Source of the DNA: Psychrobacter sp. DM4 | Lineage (GTDB): Bacteria > Pseudomonadota > Gammaproteobacteria > Pseudomonadales > Moraxellaceae | Length of the DNA stretch: 32,000 bases | Direction: 5' to 3' | Assembly: GCF_051307035.1 (NCBI RefSeq) | Contig: NZ_CP195536.1 | Coordinates: forward strand, 930,001 to 962,000 | Shown: positions 18,343 to 27,383 of the stretch, in pieces | How positions within the stretch are numbered: the first letter of the stretch is position 1 | Layout: each line of letters begins with the position of its first letter | Translations under genes and position numbers: made by a program | Notes under the pieces: generated by a model | Told to the model about the DNA's origin: nothing | Database searches by the model: none | What the model saw: the letters and a program-made list of their open reading frames with translations, nothing else

Positions 18343-18605
18343 AAGGGTATGGTCTTGAGTTAATTAGTTTTTATTGTCTTATTGATAATTTAAAATATTA
18401 TAAAGACAGGTAGCTACTAGAGTAGCTACTATTTACCCTAGTATTGAATCTAATATTATTAAAGTGAACGGCGAGGATATTATACCAGTAGCTTTTAACA
18501 GTGTTTTACGGTATAAATAGTTAGGCTCAAACATTTAGCCCTTACCACTTGACTGCCAAGGATTTCAGGCAATATTTTGCTTTAACTATGCTAAGGACAG
18601 CACAC

Positions 18606-20276
18606 ATGATTATAACCAAATCGACCTCTAACAATAAACCTATTACGACTCGTTGTATTTTATCAGTCGCTATTGCTAGCAGCTTGCTGCTAGTGGGTTG
18701 CGGCGATGATAATGACTTCGATGAAAAAGTAACAGACAACTCAGACATTAGCGTGAAGTCTATCAGTCAGTTTAATAAAGCGACGATAAATGCTGCTTTT
18801 AGCACAGGTGATTCTTCGACACCCGACGCTAAATGTGATATCAAAATAGAAAAAGTCAGCTACAAAACCAAAGGCGCTGCGGGTGAAGACGCTACTGCCA
18901 CAGCGGCATTGATGTTACCTAGTGGTGATAGCGCTGACTGTCAGGGCGACCGTCCTATCTTGCTCTATGCGCATGGTACCACAACCGATAAAGCCTATGA
19001 TTTTGCTCAAGTAGGCAACCCACAAAACTCAGCCGTTGGTGAGGCTACTCTTATTGCAGCAAACTTTGCTGCTCAAGGGTATATCGTCGTTGCTCCTAAC
19101 TATGCAGGTTATGATGAGTCAGACCTAGATTACCACCCGTACTTGGTAGCCGAGCAGCAATCCACTGATATGATCGATGCGCTCGAGAGTGCACGCGATA
19201 TCATAGACGATGAGCAAGATAACAACAATACCAATTATACAAGCATTGAGGACTCAGGTAAGCTGTTCGTTAGCGGCTACTCGCAGGGTGGACACGTCGC
19301 TATGGCAACCGCACGAGCGTTGGAGCAAGATGGCGAAACAGTGACTGCTATAGCGCCATTATCTGGACCCTACGCATTAGCTGCATTTGGTGATGCTATT
19401 TTTGCTGGTAATGTTAACCTTGGTGCCACTCGCTTTGCACCATTGCTAGCTATTGGTTTACAAAAAAAGTATCCAAATATATATAATAATACTTCTGAGA
19501 TATTTAAAGATCAATATGCTAATACTAAATTACCGAATGTATTGAGCTTTGATCAGTTAGTAAACGCGAAAAAACTTCCTGAGTTTGCCTTGTTTGAAAG
19601 AAGTCCTAGCAACCCACTTTTAATCGCTCTACCACCATCTGAGTTACCTTTTGCACCATTGGGGTTTGATAATACTAGCTATCTTATAAAGACTGATTTT
19701 AGAGCAAATTTTGTCGCAGATGCGATTCAGAATCCTGACGGTTTAGTTCCAACGGTTATCAATGCTCTACCAGCAGCGAACCCACAAAACAACCTTCGTA
19801 AAGCGTTAAAGGATAACGACTTACGCGGTTACATACCAAAAATGCCAACACTTCTTTGTGGTGGTAATAATGATCCAACCGTGTTTTATGATTTAAATAC
19901 AGGGTCTATGTCTGCTATATTGCAACAAGCAAGCGCTGCGCCATCTGTTAATTTAAACATTACAGTTCTGGATGTAGATGCGACCAATGATGATGACCGT
20001 GATCAAAATACAGTCACTTCAATCGGTAGTGCTATGAGTAATGCTTGGATGAGTACCGATACTATTGATAATATTCAAAATAGATTTGCCGCAAGTTTAA
20101 CCGCTGTGCAGAATCGAGCTATATCAAATGCGACAGCAGCAGGGGTGACTGATTCTGTACTATTAGCGCAAGCTGCAGGCGCTGCGGTATTAGAAAACTA
20201 TCACGGTGCTCTTGCGAGTACCGCTTGCACTCAAGCAACGCGTGAATTCTTCGAGCAAAACTTTAATCAATCTTAA
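18606..20276 (+). CDS. Secreted or lipoprotein alpha/beta-hydrolase (putative lipase/esterase)
   Basis: The ATG at 18606 gives MIITKSTSNNKPITTRCILSVAIASSLLLVGC, a lipoprotein signal. The track start at 18549 (TTG) adds 19 aa. The nucleophile elbow is GYSQGGH. Confidence 0.7.
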   Translation: MIITKSTSNNKPITTRCILSVAIASSLLLVGCGDDNDFDEKVTDNSDISVKSISQFNKATINAAFSTGDSSTPDAKCDIKIEKVSYKTKGAAGEDATATAALMLPSGDSADCQGDRPILLYAHGTTTDKAYDFAQVGNPQNSAVGEATLIAANFAAQGYIVVAPNYAGYDESDLDYHPYLVAEQQSTDMIDALESARDIIDDEQDNNNTNYTSIEDSGKLFVSGYSQGGHVAMATARALEQDGETVTAIAPLSGPYALAAFGDAIFAGNVNLGATRFAPLLAIGLQKKYPNIYNNTSEIFKDQYANTKLPNVLSFDQLVNAKKLPEFALFERSPSNPLLIALPPSELPFAPLGFDNTSYLIKTDFRANFVADAIQNPDGLVPTVINALPAANPQNNLRKALKDNDLRGYIPKMPTLLCGGNNDPTVFYDLNTGSMSAILQQASAAPSVNLNITVLDVDATNDDDRDQNTVTSIGSAMSNAWMSTDTIDNIQNRFAASLTAVQNRAISNATAAGVTDSVLLAQAAGAAVLENYHGALASTACTQATREFFEQNFNQS

Positions 20277-20310
20277 AATAGTTCCTATTCTTGAAATTTG
20301 GCGAGCTCAA

Positions 20311-20341
20311 AAAAACTGTATCCAATCGGATGCAGTTTTTT
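20311..20341 (+). terminator. Rho-independent terminator after the hydrolase gene
   Basis: AAAAACTGTATCC-AATC-GGATGCAGTTTTTT. Confidence 0.8.
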
Positions 20342-20710
20342 ACTTTATAAGCTAAATTACTACGTCAAAAACTGTCCTAAAGTATCAATGGTCAAGTCAG
20401 AAAAAGTCAAAAATATTCCTCTAAATTCTACCGCTCAAAATGACTGAAAATATTAGCCAAAATTTAGCGCTTTTGCTTGATTTTAATGACACTCAGATAC
20501 CCCTAACGCCCTAAATTTATGCTAAAATAGCTTCTTTATTTAAACCTTAAAACTATCGTCATTTTCCTACTGTTTTGTACCATTCAAAGTGCTTTTTTAT
20601 AGCCAGTTTTTATGAGTAATGACGCTTTTGGGCGTCTTACTTGTGTATAACGAGTGGCTGTTTGGACAAAAGCACAAACGGTAGTAGAGAATGCGAGTGA
20701 AGGAGTGTAT

Positions 20711-23551
20711 ATGAGCGACTCGATCAGTCCTATTGCCATCGTAGACGAGTTAAAGCAATCCTATTTGGATTATGCGATGAGCGTGATCGTCTCGCGCGCG
20801 CTACCTGATGTGCGTGATGGATTCAAGCCTGTGCATCGCCGCGTAATGTATGCGATGCATGTGCTATCAAACGACTATAACAAGGCTTACAAGAAGTCTG
20901 CACGTGTGGTCGGTGATGTCATTGGTAAATATCACCCGCATGGCGATAGCGCCGTCTATGACGCTATTGTGCGTATGGCACAGGACTTTAGCTTGCGTTA
21001 TCCGATGGTGGATGGTCAAGGTAACTTTGGCTCAATCGATGATGATCCACCTGCGGCCATGCGTTATACCGAAGTACGCATGACCAAACTGACCCATCAG
21101 ATGCTTGCTGACTTGGACAAAGATACTGTCGATTGGGAAGATAACTATGACGGCTCTGAGCGTATGCCAAGCGTGTTGCCAGCGCGTATTCCAAACTTGC
21201 TCGTTAACGGTGCAACTGGTATTGCGGTCGGTATGGCGACCAATATGGCACCGCATAATTTGACCGAAGTCATCAATGCCTGCCTCGCTTATGCCGATAA
21301 TCCGCAAATATCAGCGGAAGAGCTGATGACGCATATCTCAGGTCCTGACTTTCCGACTGGTGGTATCATTTATGGCCGCGGTGGTATCTTGGATGCATAT
21401 CGCACGGGCAAAGGCCGCTTGCATGTGCGTGGTCGTTATATCATCGAGCCGATGAGTGATACGGGCGTCAACCGTGATCGTGAGCGTATTGTATTTACCG
21501 AAGTGCCTTATCAGACCAATAAAGCCAAGCTGATTGAGCGTATCGCAGAGCTCGTCCGTGACAAAAAGATCGAAGGCATCACAGAGATTCGTGATGAGTC
21601 GGACAAAGACGGTATGCGCATCGCTATCGATTTGCGCCGCGGTGAGACGGCTGAAGTCATCGTTAATAATTTGTTTCTTCAAACGCCGCTTGAATCAAGT
21701 TTCAGTATCAATATGGTGGCGCTCGACAATGGTCAACCTAAACTGTTGACCTTGCGTCAGCTGATTGCCGCCTTTGTCCGTCATCGTCAAGAAGTGGTGA
21801 CACGCCGTACTATTTATGAGCTGAACAAAGCACGCGTCCGTGGTCACCTGCTTGAGGGTTTAACGGTAGCACTTGCCAATATCGACGAAATTATCGCCAC
21901 GATTAAAGCTTCTGCCAACCGCGGGGAAGCTCGCGAGAGCTTATTGGATAATACTTGGGGCTCAGGTAGCGTCGTTGCGATGCTTGCCGCCGCAGGTAGC
22001 CAGTCAGTACGTCCTGAATATATCGAAGGCGAAGATCCAAAAGCGCCGTTTGGATTGATCGATGGCTCGGTACAAGGCGAACAAAGTTACCGCTTATCGC
22101 TTGAGCAGGTCAATGCAATTTTGGATATGCAGTTGCATCGTTTGACGGGTCTTGAGCAGGATAAATTAACCGAAGAGTATCAAGATCTACTGCGTGAAAT
22201 CGCCAATTTAGAATCTATCCTTGGTGATTTCGATAAGCTCATGACCATTATCTCTAATGAGATGATTGAGATTCGTGAAAACTTTGGAGATGAGCGCCGT
22301 ACCGATATTATTGACTCGCGTACTGACTTTAACCGCGAAGATCTAATCCCTGAGCAAACAGTAGTTATGACGGTATCGCGTACAGGCTATGCCAAAACTC
22401 AGCCGATTGATGATTATGTCGCACAAAAACGCGGCGGTAAGGGCAAGTCTGCAACGGCGATGAAAGAAGACGACGTCATTGATCATTTAGTGGTGACGTC
22501 AACGCATGCGACTGTCTTGTGCTTCACCGATACGGGACGCGTCTTTAGTTTGCGTGGCTTTGAAGTACCTATCGCTAGTCGCGGCGCTCGCGGTCGTCCA
22601 CTGGTTAATCTCATCGGTCTGACAGGTGATGAGACGGTTACAACGATATTGCCTATTCCGAAAATAGTCGAAGAATTATCCAAAACAGATAAGACCTTAT
22701 TAGTTGATGATTCATCGGAAGATGGCAGTTCAGAAAGTAGCGCTCAAGCTGTACCGCCTTTTGTCTTCTTTGCCACCGCTAACGGTACGGTAAAGCGGGT
22801 TGAGCTTAAACAGTTTGCTAACATTCGCTCTAATGGCCTCATCGCTGTTGGATTAGAAGAGGGCGACAAGTTAGTCAGTGCTCGTATCACAAGCGGTAGC
22901 CAAGAGGTTATGTTGTTTGCCTCAAGTGGTAAGGCTATTCGTTTTGATGAAAATGATGCTCGCGCTATGGGTCGTACCGCAAAAGGCGTCCGCGGTATGC
23001 GTCTGAGTGATAGTGAGTTTATCAAATCATTAGTCGTTATCGAAGATGATGTGCGCGAGATTCTCATCGCTTGTGAAAACGGCTTTGGTAAGCGTACCTT
23101 TATTGATGAGTTCAATACGCAAAATCGCGGCGGTGGCGGCGTTATCGCTATCAAAACCAGTGCGCGTAATGGTGCTCTAGTTCGTGCGACTAAGGTTGAA
23201 CCAGAAGACGATATTATCTTAATATCAGACAAAGGTACGCTAGTTCGTACGCCCGCCCGTCACATTGCAAGCTCAGGTCGTAATACACAAGGCGTCACTT
23301 TGATTCGTCTATCAAAAGATGAGAAACTCGTCGCTATGGCACGTGTTGAGCATGATGAGAGTGAGAATGCGCTCGTTGATGCCATGCGTGAAGATGGCAC
23401 GTTTGATGTTGACGCTCAAGAGCAGATCGATATAGATGCTCAGACAGACAGCAGTGCTCATACTGACGTCAATGAGTCTATTGATATCGCAAACGACTAT
23501 ACCTTGGACAACGATGAGGTCAACGACAATGAGATTAACGACGAGGATTAA
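20711..23551 (+). CDS. gyrA: DNA gyrase subunit A
   Basis: AGGAG lies 5 nt upstream of the ATG at 20711; the track ORF begins at an upstream GTG at 20654. [52 protein letters not shown] (catalytic Tyr) and the [21 protein letters not shown] are unmistakable. About 946 aa. Confidence 0.97.
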   Translation: MSDSISPIAIVDELKQSYLDYAMSVIVSRALPDVRDGFKPVHRRVMYAMHVLSNDYNKAYKKSARVVGDVIGKYHPHGDSAVYDAIVRMAQDFSLRYPMVDGQGNFGSIDDDPPAAMRYTEVRMTKLTHQMLADLDKDTVDWEDNYDGSERMPSVLPARIPNLLVNGATGIAVGMATNMAPHNLTEVINACLAYADNPQISAEELMTHISGPDFPTGGIIYGRGGILDAYRTGKGRLHVRGRYIIEPMSDTGVNRDRERIVFTEVPYQTNKAKLIERIAELVRDKKIEGITEIRDESDKDGMRIAIDLRRGETAEVIVNNLFLQTPLESSFSINMVALDNGQPKLLTLRQLIAAFVRHRQEVVTRRTIYELNKARVRGHLLEGLTVALANIDEIIATIKASANRGEARESLLDNTWGSGSVVAMLAAAGSQSVRPEYIEGEDPKAPFGLIDGSVQGEQSYRLSLEQVNAILDMQLHRLTGLEQDKLTEEYQDLLREIANLESILGDFDKLMTIISNEMIEIRENFGDERRTDIIDSRTDFNREDLIPEQTVVMTVSRTGYAKTQPIDDYVAQKRGGKGKSATAMKEDDVIDHLVVTSTHATVLCFTDTGRVFSLRGFEVPIASRGARGRPLVNLIGLTGDETVTTILPIPKIVEELSKTDKTLLVDDSSEDGSSESSAQAVPPFVFFATANGTVKRVELKQFANIRSNGLIAVGLEEGDKLVSARITSGSQEVMLFASSGKAIRFDENDARAMGRTAKGVRGMRLSDSEFIKSLVVIEDDVREILIACENGFGKRTFIDEFNTQNRGGGGVIAIKTSARNGALVRATKVEPEDDIILISDKGTLVRTPARHIASSGRNTQGVTLIRLSKDEKLVAMARVEHDESENALVDAMREDGTFDVDAQEQIDIDAQTDSSAHTDVNESIDIANDYTLDNDEVNDNEINDED

Positions 23552-23603
23552 TCCTTTGTAGTAACACTCTGAGTTGATAACACATTTTTATTTTTAACTT
23601 TCC

Positions 23604-23643
23604 AAAAACCTCTGGCGCTATCGTCAGGGTTTTTTAGTTTTTT
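23604..23643 (+). terminator. Terminator after gyrA (module A)
   Basis: CCTCTGGCG-CTAT-CGTCAGGG followed by TTTTTTAGTTTTTT. Confidence 0.7.
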
Positions 23644-23727
23644 GACAAGTAGCAGCATATTCACGCTATGACTACTGCAGCGTAATAGTCTATACTTCAT
23701 TAACAATTCTTTATCTCTGGGATACTT

Positions 23728-24396
23728 ATGCTACATTTGCATCATTTAGAAAACTCGCGCTCGTATCGTATCGTGTGGCTACTAGAAGAGCTGAATATTG
23801 ACTACGAGCTGACTTGCTATGAGCGTACCAAGGCTTATTTAGCACCTAAAAGTCTCAAAAAAATCCATCCGCTAGGTCATGCACCTATTTTGGAGGTCGA
23901 TGGTCGAGCCTTAGTTGAGTCAGGCTTTATCATTGAGTATTTGCTTAAACATTATGATAAAGAGCAACGTTTTAAACCTGCTGATGATAATGAATCAGCT
24001 TGGGAAGATTATACTTTTTGGATGCATTTTTCTGAAGCTTCAGCGATGCCTCCTTTGGTGATGCGCTTAGTATTTAATAAGATCGTAGAAAGATCGCCCT
24101 TGCTCATAAAACCGGTTGTCAAAGGTATTCAAAAGCAGGTTGAAAGTAGCATGATTGCAGATAGTATCGCTAATGTTTTGACTATGATGGAGCAGCAACT
24201 TAAGGACAATCTCTGGTTTGCAGGCGATACCTTTAGCGCTGCTGATATACAGATGTATTTTGTGGCCATTGCTGCCAAATCTCGTACCAAGTTAGGTAAC
24301 GGTGATTACAAGAACGTAATCGATTGGCTAAAACGTTGTCAAGAGCGTGATGCCTTTGAACGAGCGGAAACCAAAGGGGGACGTATTAAGTTTTAG
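23728..24396 (+). CDS. Glutathione S-transferase family protein (GTT1-like class), paralog 1
   Basis: 222 aa. MLHLHHLENSRSYRIVWLLEEL...IHPLGHAPILEVDGRALVESGFIIEYL is a thioredoxin-fold GST N-domain, followed by an alpha-helical C-domain. Confidence 0.85.
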   Translation: MLHLHHLENSRSYRIVWLLEELNIDYELTCYERTKAYLAPKSLKKIHPLGHAPILEVDGRALVESGFIIEYLLKHYDKEQRFKPADDNESAWEDYTFWMHFSEASAMPPLVMRLVFNKIVERSPLLIKPVVKGIQKQVESSMIADSIANVLTMMEQQLKDNLWFAGDTFSAADIQMYFVAIAAKSRTKLGNGDYKNVIDWLKRCQERDAFERAETKGGRIKF

Positions 24397-24569
24397 ACTT
24401 CTATCTACAGAGTCTAAGCCTAATCAAACATACAAAAATAATTTAGATTGGCTATTGCAGCTGTTTTAACCTGCTACACTTAAAGATATATCAATATTAT
24501 CGACCTTTGATTAGTGATCTTATACATCGATACGTACTAACTTTGGTCCTAAAAAATTCTAGTAAGAAG

Positions 24570-24603
24570 CCTCTGACGTTATCGTCGGGGGTTTTTAGTT
24601 TTT
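24570..24603 (+). terminator. Terminator after GST paralog 1 (module B, a copy of module A)
   Basis: CCTCTGACG-TTAT-CGTCGGGGG followed by TTTTTAGTTTTT. The roughly 36-bp core is nearly identical to 23609-23645. Confidence 0.65.
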
Positions 24604-25157
24604 GAATGAGCTGTTTTTGTCAGATTATCATTAGGGTGTGTTTGATATTCGACCGTGGCACTGACAGAGACTATTTAGTATCGACTATATCAAGGATTAT
24701 ATGACGCGTCGCACGGATGATAGTCTGTACAGGTACAACGAGCCAAAAGTTAACAGTTTCCCGCCGCGCCGCCGCTTACAAAGTCAACGTATCAAAGGCG
24801 CACTAGCGGTCCATTGATTTCGCAAAATTAAAAAGTATCCGTAAAAGATAGATGAGTTATCACAGAAAATAGAAAACCTAAGCTAGATATCAGAGCGGAT
24901 GAATTAAGGTCGTAAGCGTACTGCTAAAATATAAACTTTTAATGTAAAAAACCAAAGTTTTAAGAATCAAAGTGTTAAGCGTCAAAAAATACGCTATGAT
25001 TAGTAACCACTGATTTTTGCTTTGCAGGGTGTCAACGACTTTACAATTATCCTGCTATTGATAATTAAAGATAACAGGATGCGCAGGTAGAAGCTTTACA
25101 ATAACTCAAATTTATCATATTCATTTATTCATACTTTACTTATGACTAGGACGATTT

Positions 25158-25826
25158 ATGTTGCACCTTCATCATTTAGAGAATTCACGTTCGCATCGCA
25201 TCTTGTGGTTGCTTGAGGAGCTAAAGACCGACTATAAGCTCACTTGTTATGTACGTAATAAAGCTTACCGCGCGCCAGATAGTCTCAAACAGATACATCC
25301 TATAGGTCATGCGCCGATACTAGAAGTCGATGGACGCCCCTTAATTGAATCAGGATTCATTATCGAGTATTTGCTCAAGTATTATGACCCAGATCATAAG
25401 TTTAAACCTGCTGACGATGAAGAGACGGCATGGGAGGACTATACATTTTGGTTGCATTTTGCTGAAGCATCAGTCATGCCGCCATTGGTCATGCGTCTGG
25501 TATTTACCAAAGTCGTCGAGCAGTCTCCTATGCTCATCAAGCCTGTCAGCAAAAAAATTCGCGATCAAGTTGAAAAGAGCATGATCAGTAGCAGCTTGGA
25601 TAAGATGCTAAAGATGATGGAGCAGCATCTAGAGGATAACAATTACTTCGCTGGTAGCGAGTTTAGTGCCGCCGATATTCAGATGCATCTAGCGGTGCTC
25701 GGTGCCAATGCGGGTAAGGGACTGGACAAAAGAAAATATGCCAATCTACTCAACTGGCTCAACCGCTGCGAAGAGCGCGATGCCTTTAAACGCGCTGAAA
25801 AAAAGGGCGGCCGTTTGAAGTTTTAG
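25158..25826 (+). CDS. Glutathione S-transferase family protein (GTT1-like class), paralog 2
   Basis: 222 aa, collinear with paralog 1 without gaps. My hand count gives about 153 of 222 identical residues. Confidence 0.85.
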   Translation: MLHLHHLENSRSHRILWLLEELKTDYKLTCYVRNKAYRAPDSLKQIHPIGHAPILEVDGRPLIESGFIIEYLLKYYDPDHKFKPADDEETAWEDYTFWLHFAEASVMPPLVMRLVFTKVVEQSPMLIKPVSKKIRDQVEKSMISSSLDKMLKMMEQHLEDNNYFAGSEFSAADIQMHLAVLGANAGKGLDKRKYANLLNWLNRCEERDAFKRAEKKGGRLKF

Positions 25827-25877
25827 ACTGTTTTGATTTCTAATACTTGTGGTTTTTAACACGACTTAAAGTAAGAT

Positions 25878-25926
25878 ATAGGGTGCGTTATCGATTAAAA
25901 TATTGATAACGCACCCTATTTTTTTG
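25878..25926 (+). terminator. Strong rho-independent terminator after GST paralog 2
   Basis: A perfect 15-bp stem, ATAGGGTGCGTTATC (25878-25892) with GATAACGCACCCTAT (25905-25919), followed by a T-run. Confidence 0.9.
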
Positions 25927-25945
25927 ACCCAACTATAAAGGTAAT

Positions 25946-26173
25946 ATGATGGCAGACCCAAAAAATATAAAAAATCCCTTTAATGAAGAGGATATCGTTC
26001 AGCAGCCAGTATCGATGAAAGCTTGGGGACAAAAGCTGATAGTTGCGCTGTTATGTGTAGCAAGCTTTTATGGGGGCTGGAAATCGTACGAGTCCAATAT
26101 GGTTAATGAATGTTATGGCAGTGGTGGTCAAATCAGTGAGGGCGAGAGAACGCTATTATGTCAGCTGCCTTGA
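25946..26173 (+). CDS. Hypothetical small membrane protein (75 aa, one TM helix, four Cys)
   Basis: The ORF has one hydrophobic helix (LIVALLCVASFYGGW) and sits between a strong terminator and rnz. I recognise no homology. Confidence 0.4.
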   Translation: MMADPKNIKNPFNEEDIVQQPVSMKAWGQKLIVALLCVASFYGGWKSYESNMVNECYGSGGQISEGERTLLCQLP

Positions 26174-26219
26174 TGTCATCAGCGGTCTCTATGCTACTGA
26201 CCAATGAGAGTTATCATTT

Positions 26220-27374
26220 ATGCTCAAACTAACCTTTTTGGGTACCTCAGCGGGTGTGCCTACCAAACAGCGTAATGTCACAGCACTTGCGGTTGAATGT
26301 CTCAATCCTTATTTATCTCACTCAAAAGCGTCTGGCTCAAAAGTGTCTGGCTTAAAGATGTCTGCTTCAAATTCACAACAGTCTAAGAAGTCACGTCCTT
26401 GGCTTTTAATAGACTGCGGTGAGGGCACTCAGCAGCAATTATTACGTACCACATTACCGCTCAATCAACTGAGCGCTATCGGTATCACTCATGTCCATGG
26501 CGATCACTGTTACGGACTGCCAGGCTTGCTCGCTAGCGTGGCGATGTCTGGGCGCTCTGAGCCGCTAACGATTATCGCGCCACGAGCAATCGCTCAGCTA
26601 CTCGACGCTGTCAAGGCAACGACTGACTTGTACTTGCCTTATGCGATCGATTTTATCGCGATCGAAGAGGTGCTGTCGCAAGTTAAAGATGACAAAAAGA
26701 ATAAGGTTTGTCTGAATCTAACCGATCAGCACAGTGTCGATATCGATGTCACGCTTTTATCACACCGCGTACCCTCACATGCGTTTGATATCACTCAGAG
26801 GATAAGTCGGCGTACGCTCAATACAGTTAAGTTAATCGATGACGGTATACCCGCTGGTAAAGTGTGGGGTCAATTGCAACGAGGCGAGGACGTCTATACC
26901 GAAGACGGTAAGCGGCTATGTTCAGCTCATTATGTCAACACCGAGCAAAAGCGCACTCGCATCGTCGTTGCAGGAGATAACGATACGCCTACTTGCCTGC
27001 AAACCGCTCTACAGGATACAGACCTGCTTGTGCATGAAGCCACTTATACTACTGAAGTACTAGCCAAAATTCAGGCAAAAAACCTTGAGTTCGATCCCAT
27101 GCATAGTAGCGCGATGCAAATCGGACAGTTTGCACAAGATATGGCGTTGCCCAATCTTATCCTAACGCACTTTAGCGCCCGTTTTCAGAGCTTTGACAAC
27201 CCTGATAGCAATACGCCAAACATGGGTCATATCCGCATAGATGCTCAAAGCGTCTATCAAGGCAATCTATGGCTAGCAGCGGACTTTGCTCAATACTTGG
27301 TTGAGGGCGCTGATAGTCAAGTGACTTATTTGGGTTCGGCTTTGGATTCTGTTCTCGACCACGAGAGTTCGTAA
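26220..27374 (+). CDS. rnz: Ribonuclease Z / RNase BN (metallo-beta-lactamase fold)
   Basis: [35 protein letters not shown] and [15 protein letters not shown] align with E. coli RNase BN ([49 protein letters not shown]). Confidence 0.9.
   Translation: [384 protein letters not shown]
26322..26366 (+). repeat. In-frame 15-bp tandem repeat (3 copies, plus a degenerate 4th up to 26381) inside rnz
   Basis: The units are TCAAAAGCGTCTGGC, TCAAAAGTGTCTGGC and TTAAAGATGTCTGCT, encoding [10 protein letters not shown] and LKMSA. Confidence 0.8.
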
Positions 27375-27383
27375 ACTCTGATA

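Noticed and set aside
18379-18397. A second occurrence of TATTGATAATT (also at 25056-25076), which shares the Fur half-site seen at 13093
   Set aside because: Only the first half-site matches. The second half of the 7-1-7 consensus matches at 2 of 7 positions in both cases, so I do not call these Fur boxes.
22744-23232. A 162-codon ORF on the minus strand inside gyrA
   Set aside because: It lies entirely antisense to a certain gyrA coding region. Its translation is low-complexity (S, R, L, P, A rich) with no recognisable motif. This is the typical shadow ORF of a coding region read on the opposite strand.
27364-27379. A 6-bp hairpin (AGAGTT-CGTA-AACTCT) spanning the rnz stop codon, at the 9-bp junction between the convergent rnz and the DUF815 gene
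   Set aside because: The stem is short with no U-run on either strand. It is too weak to call a terminator. I note only that the convergent genes lack an obvious terminator.
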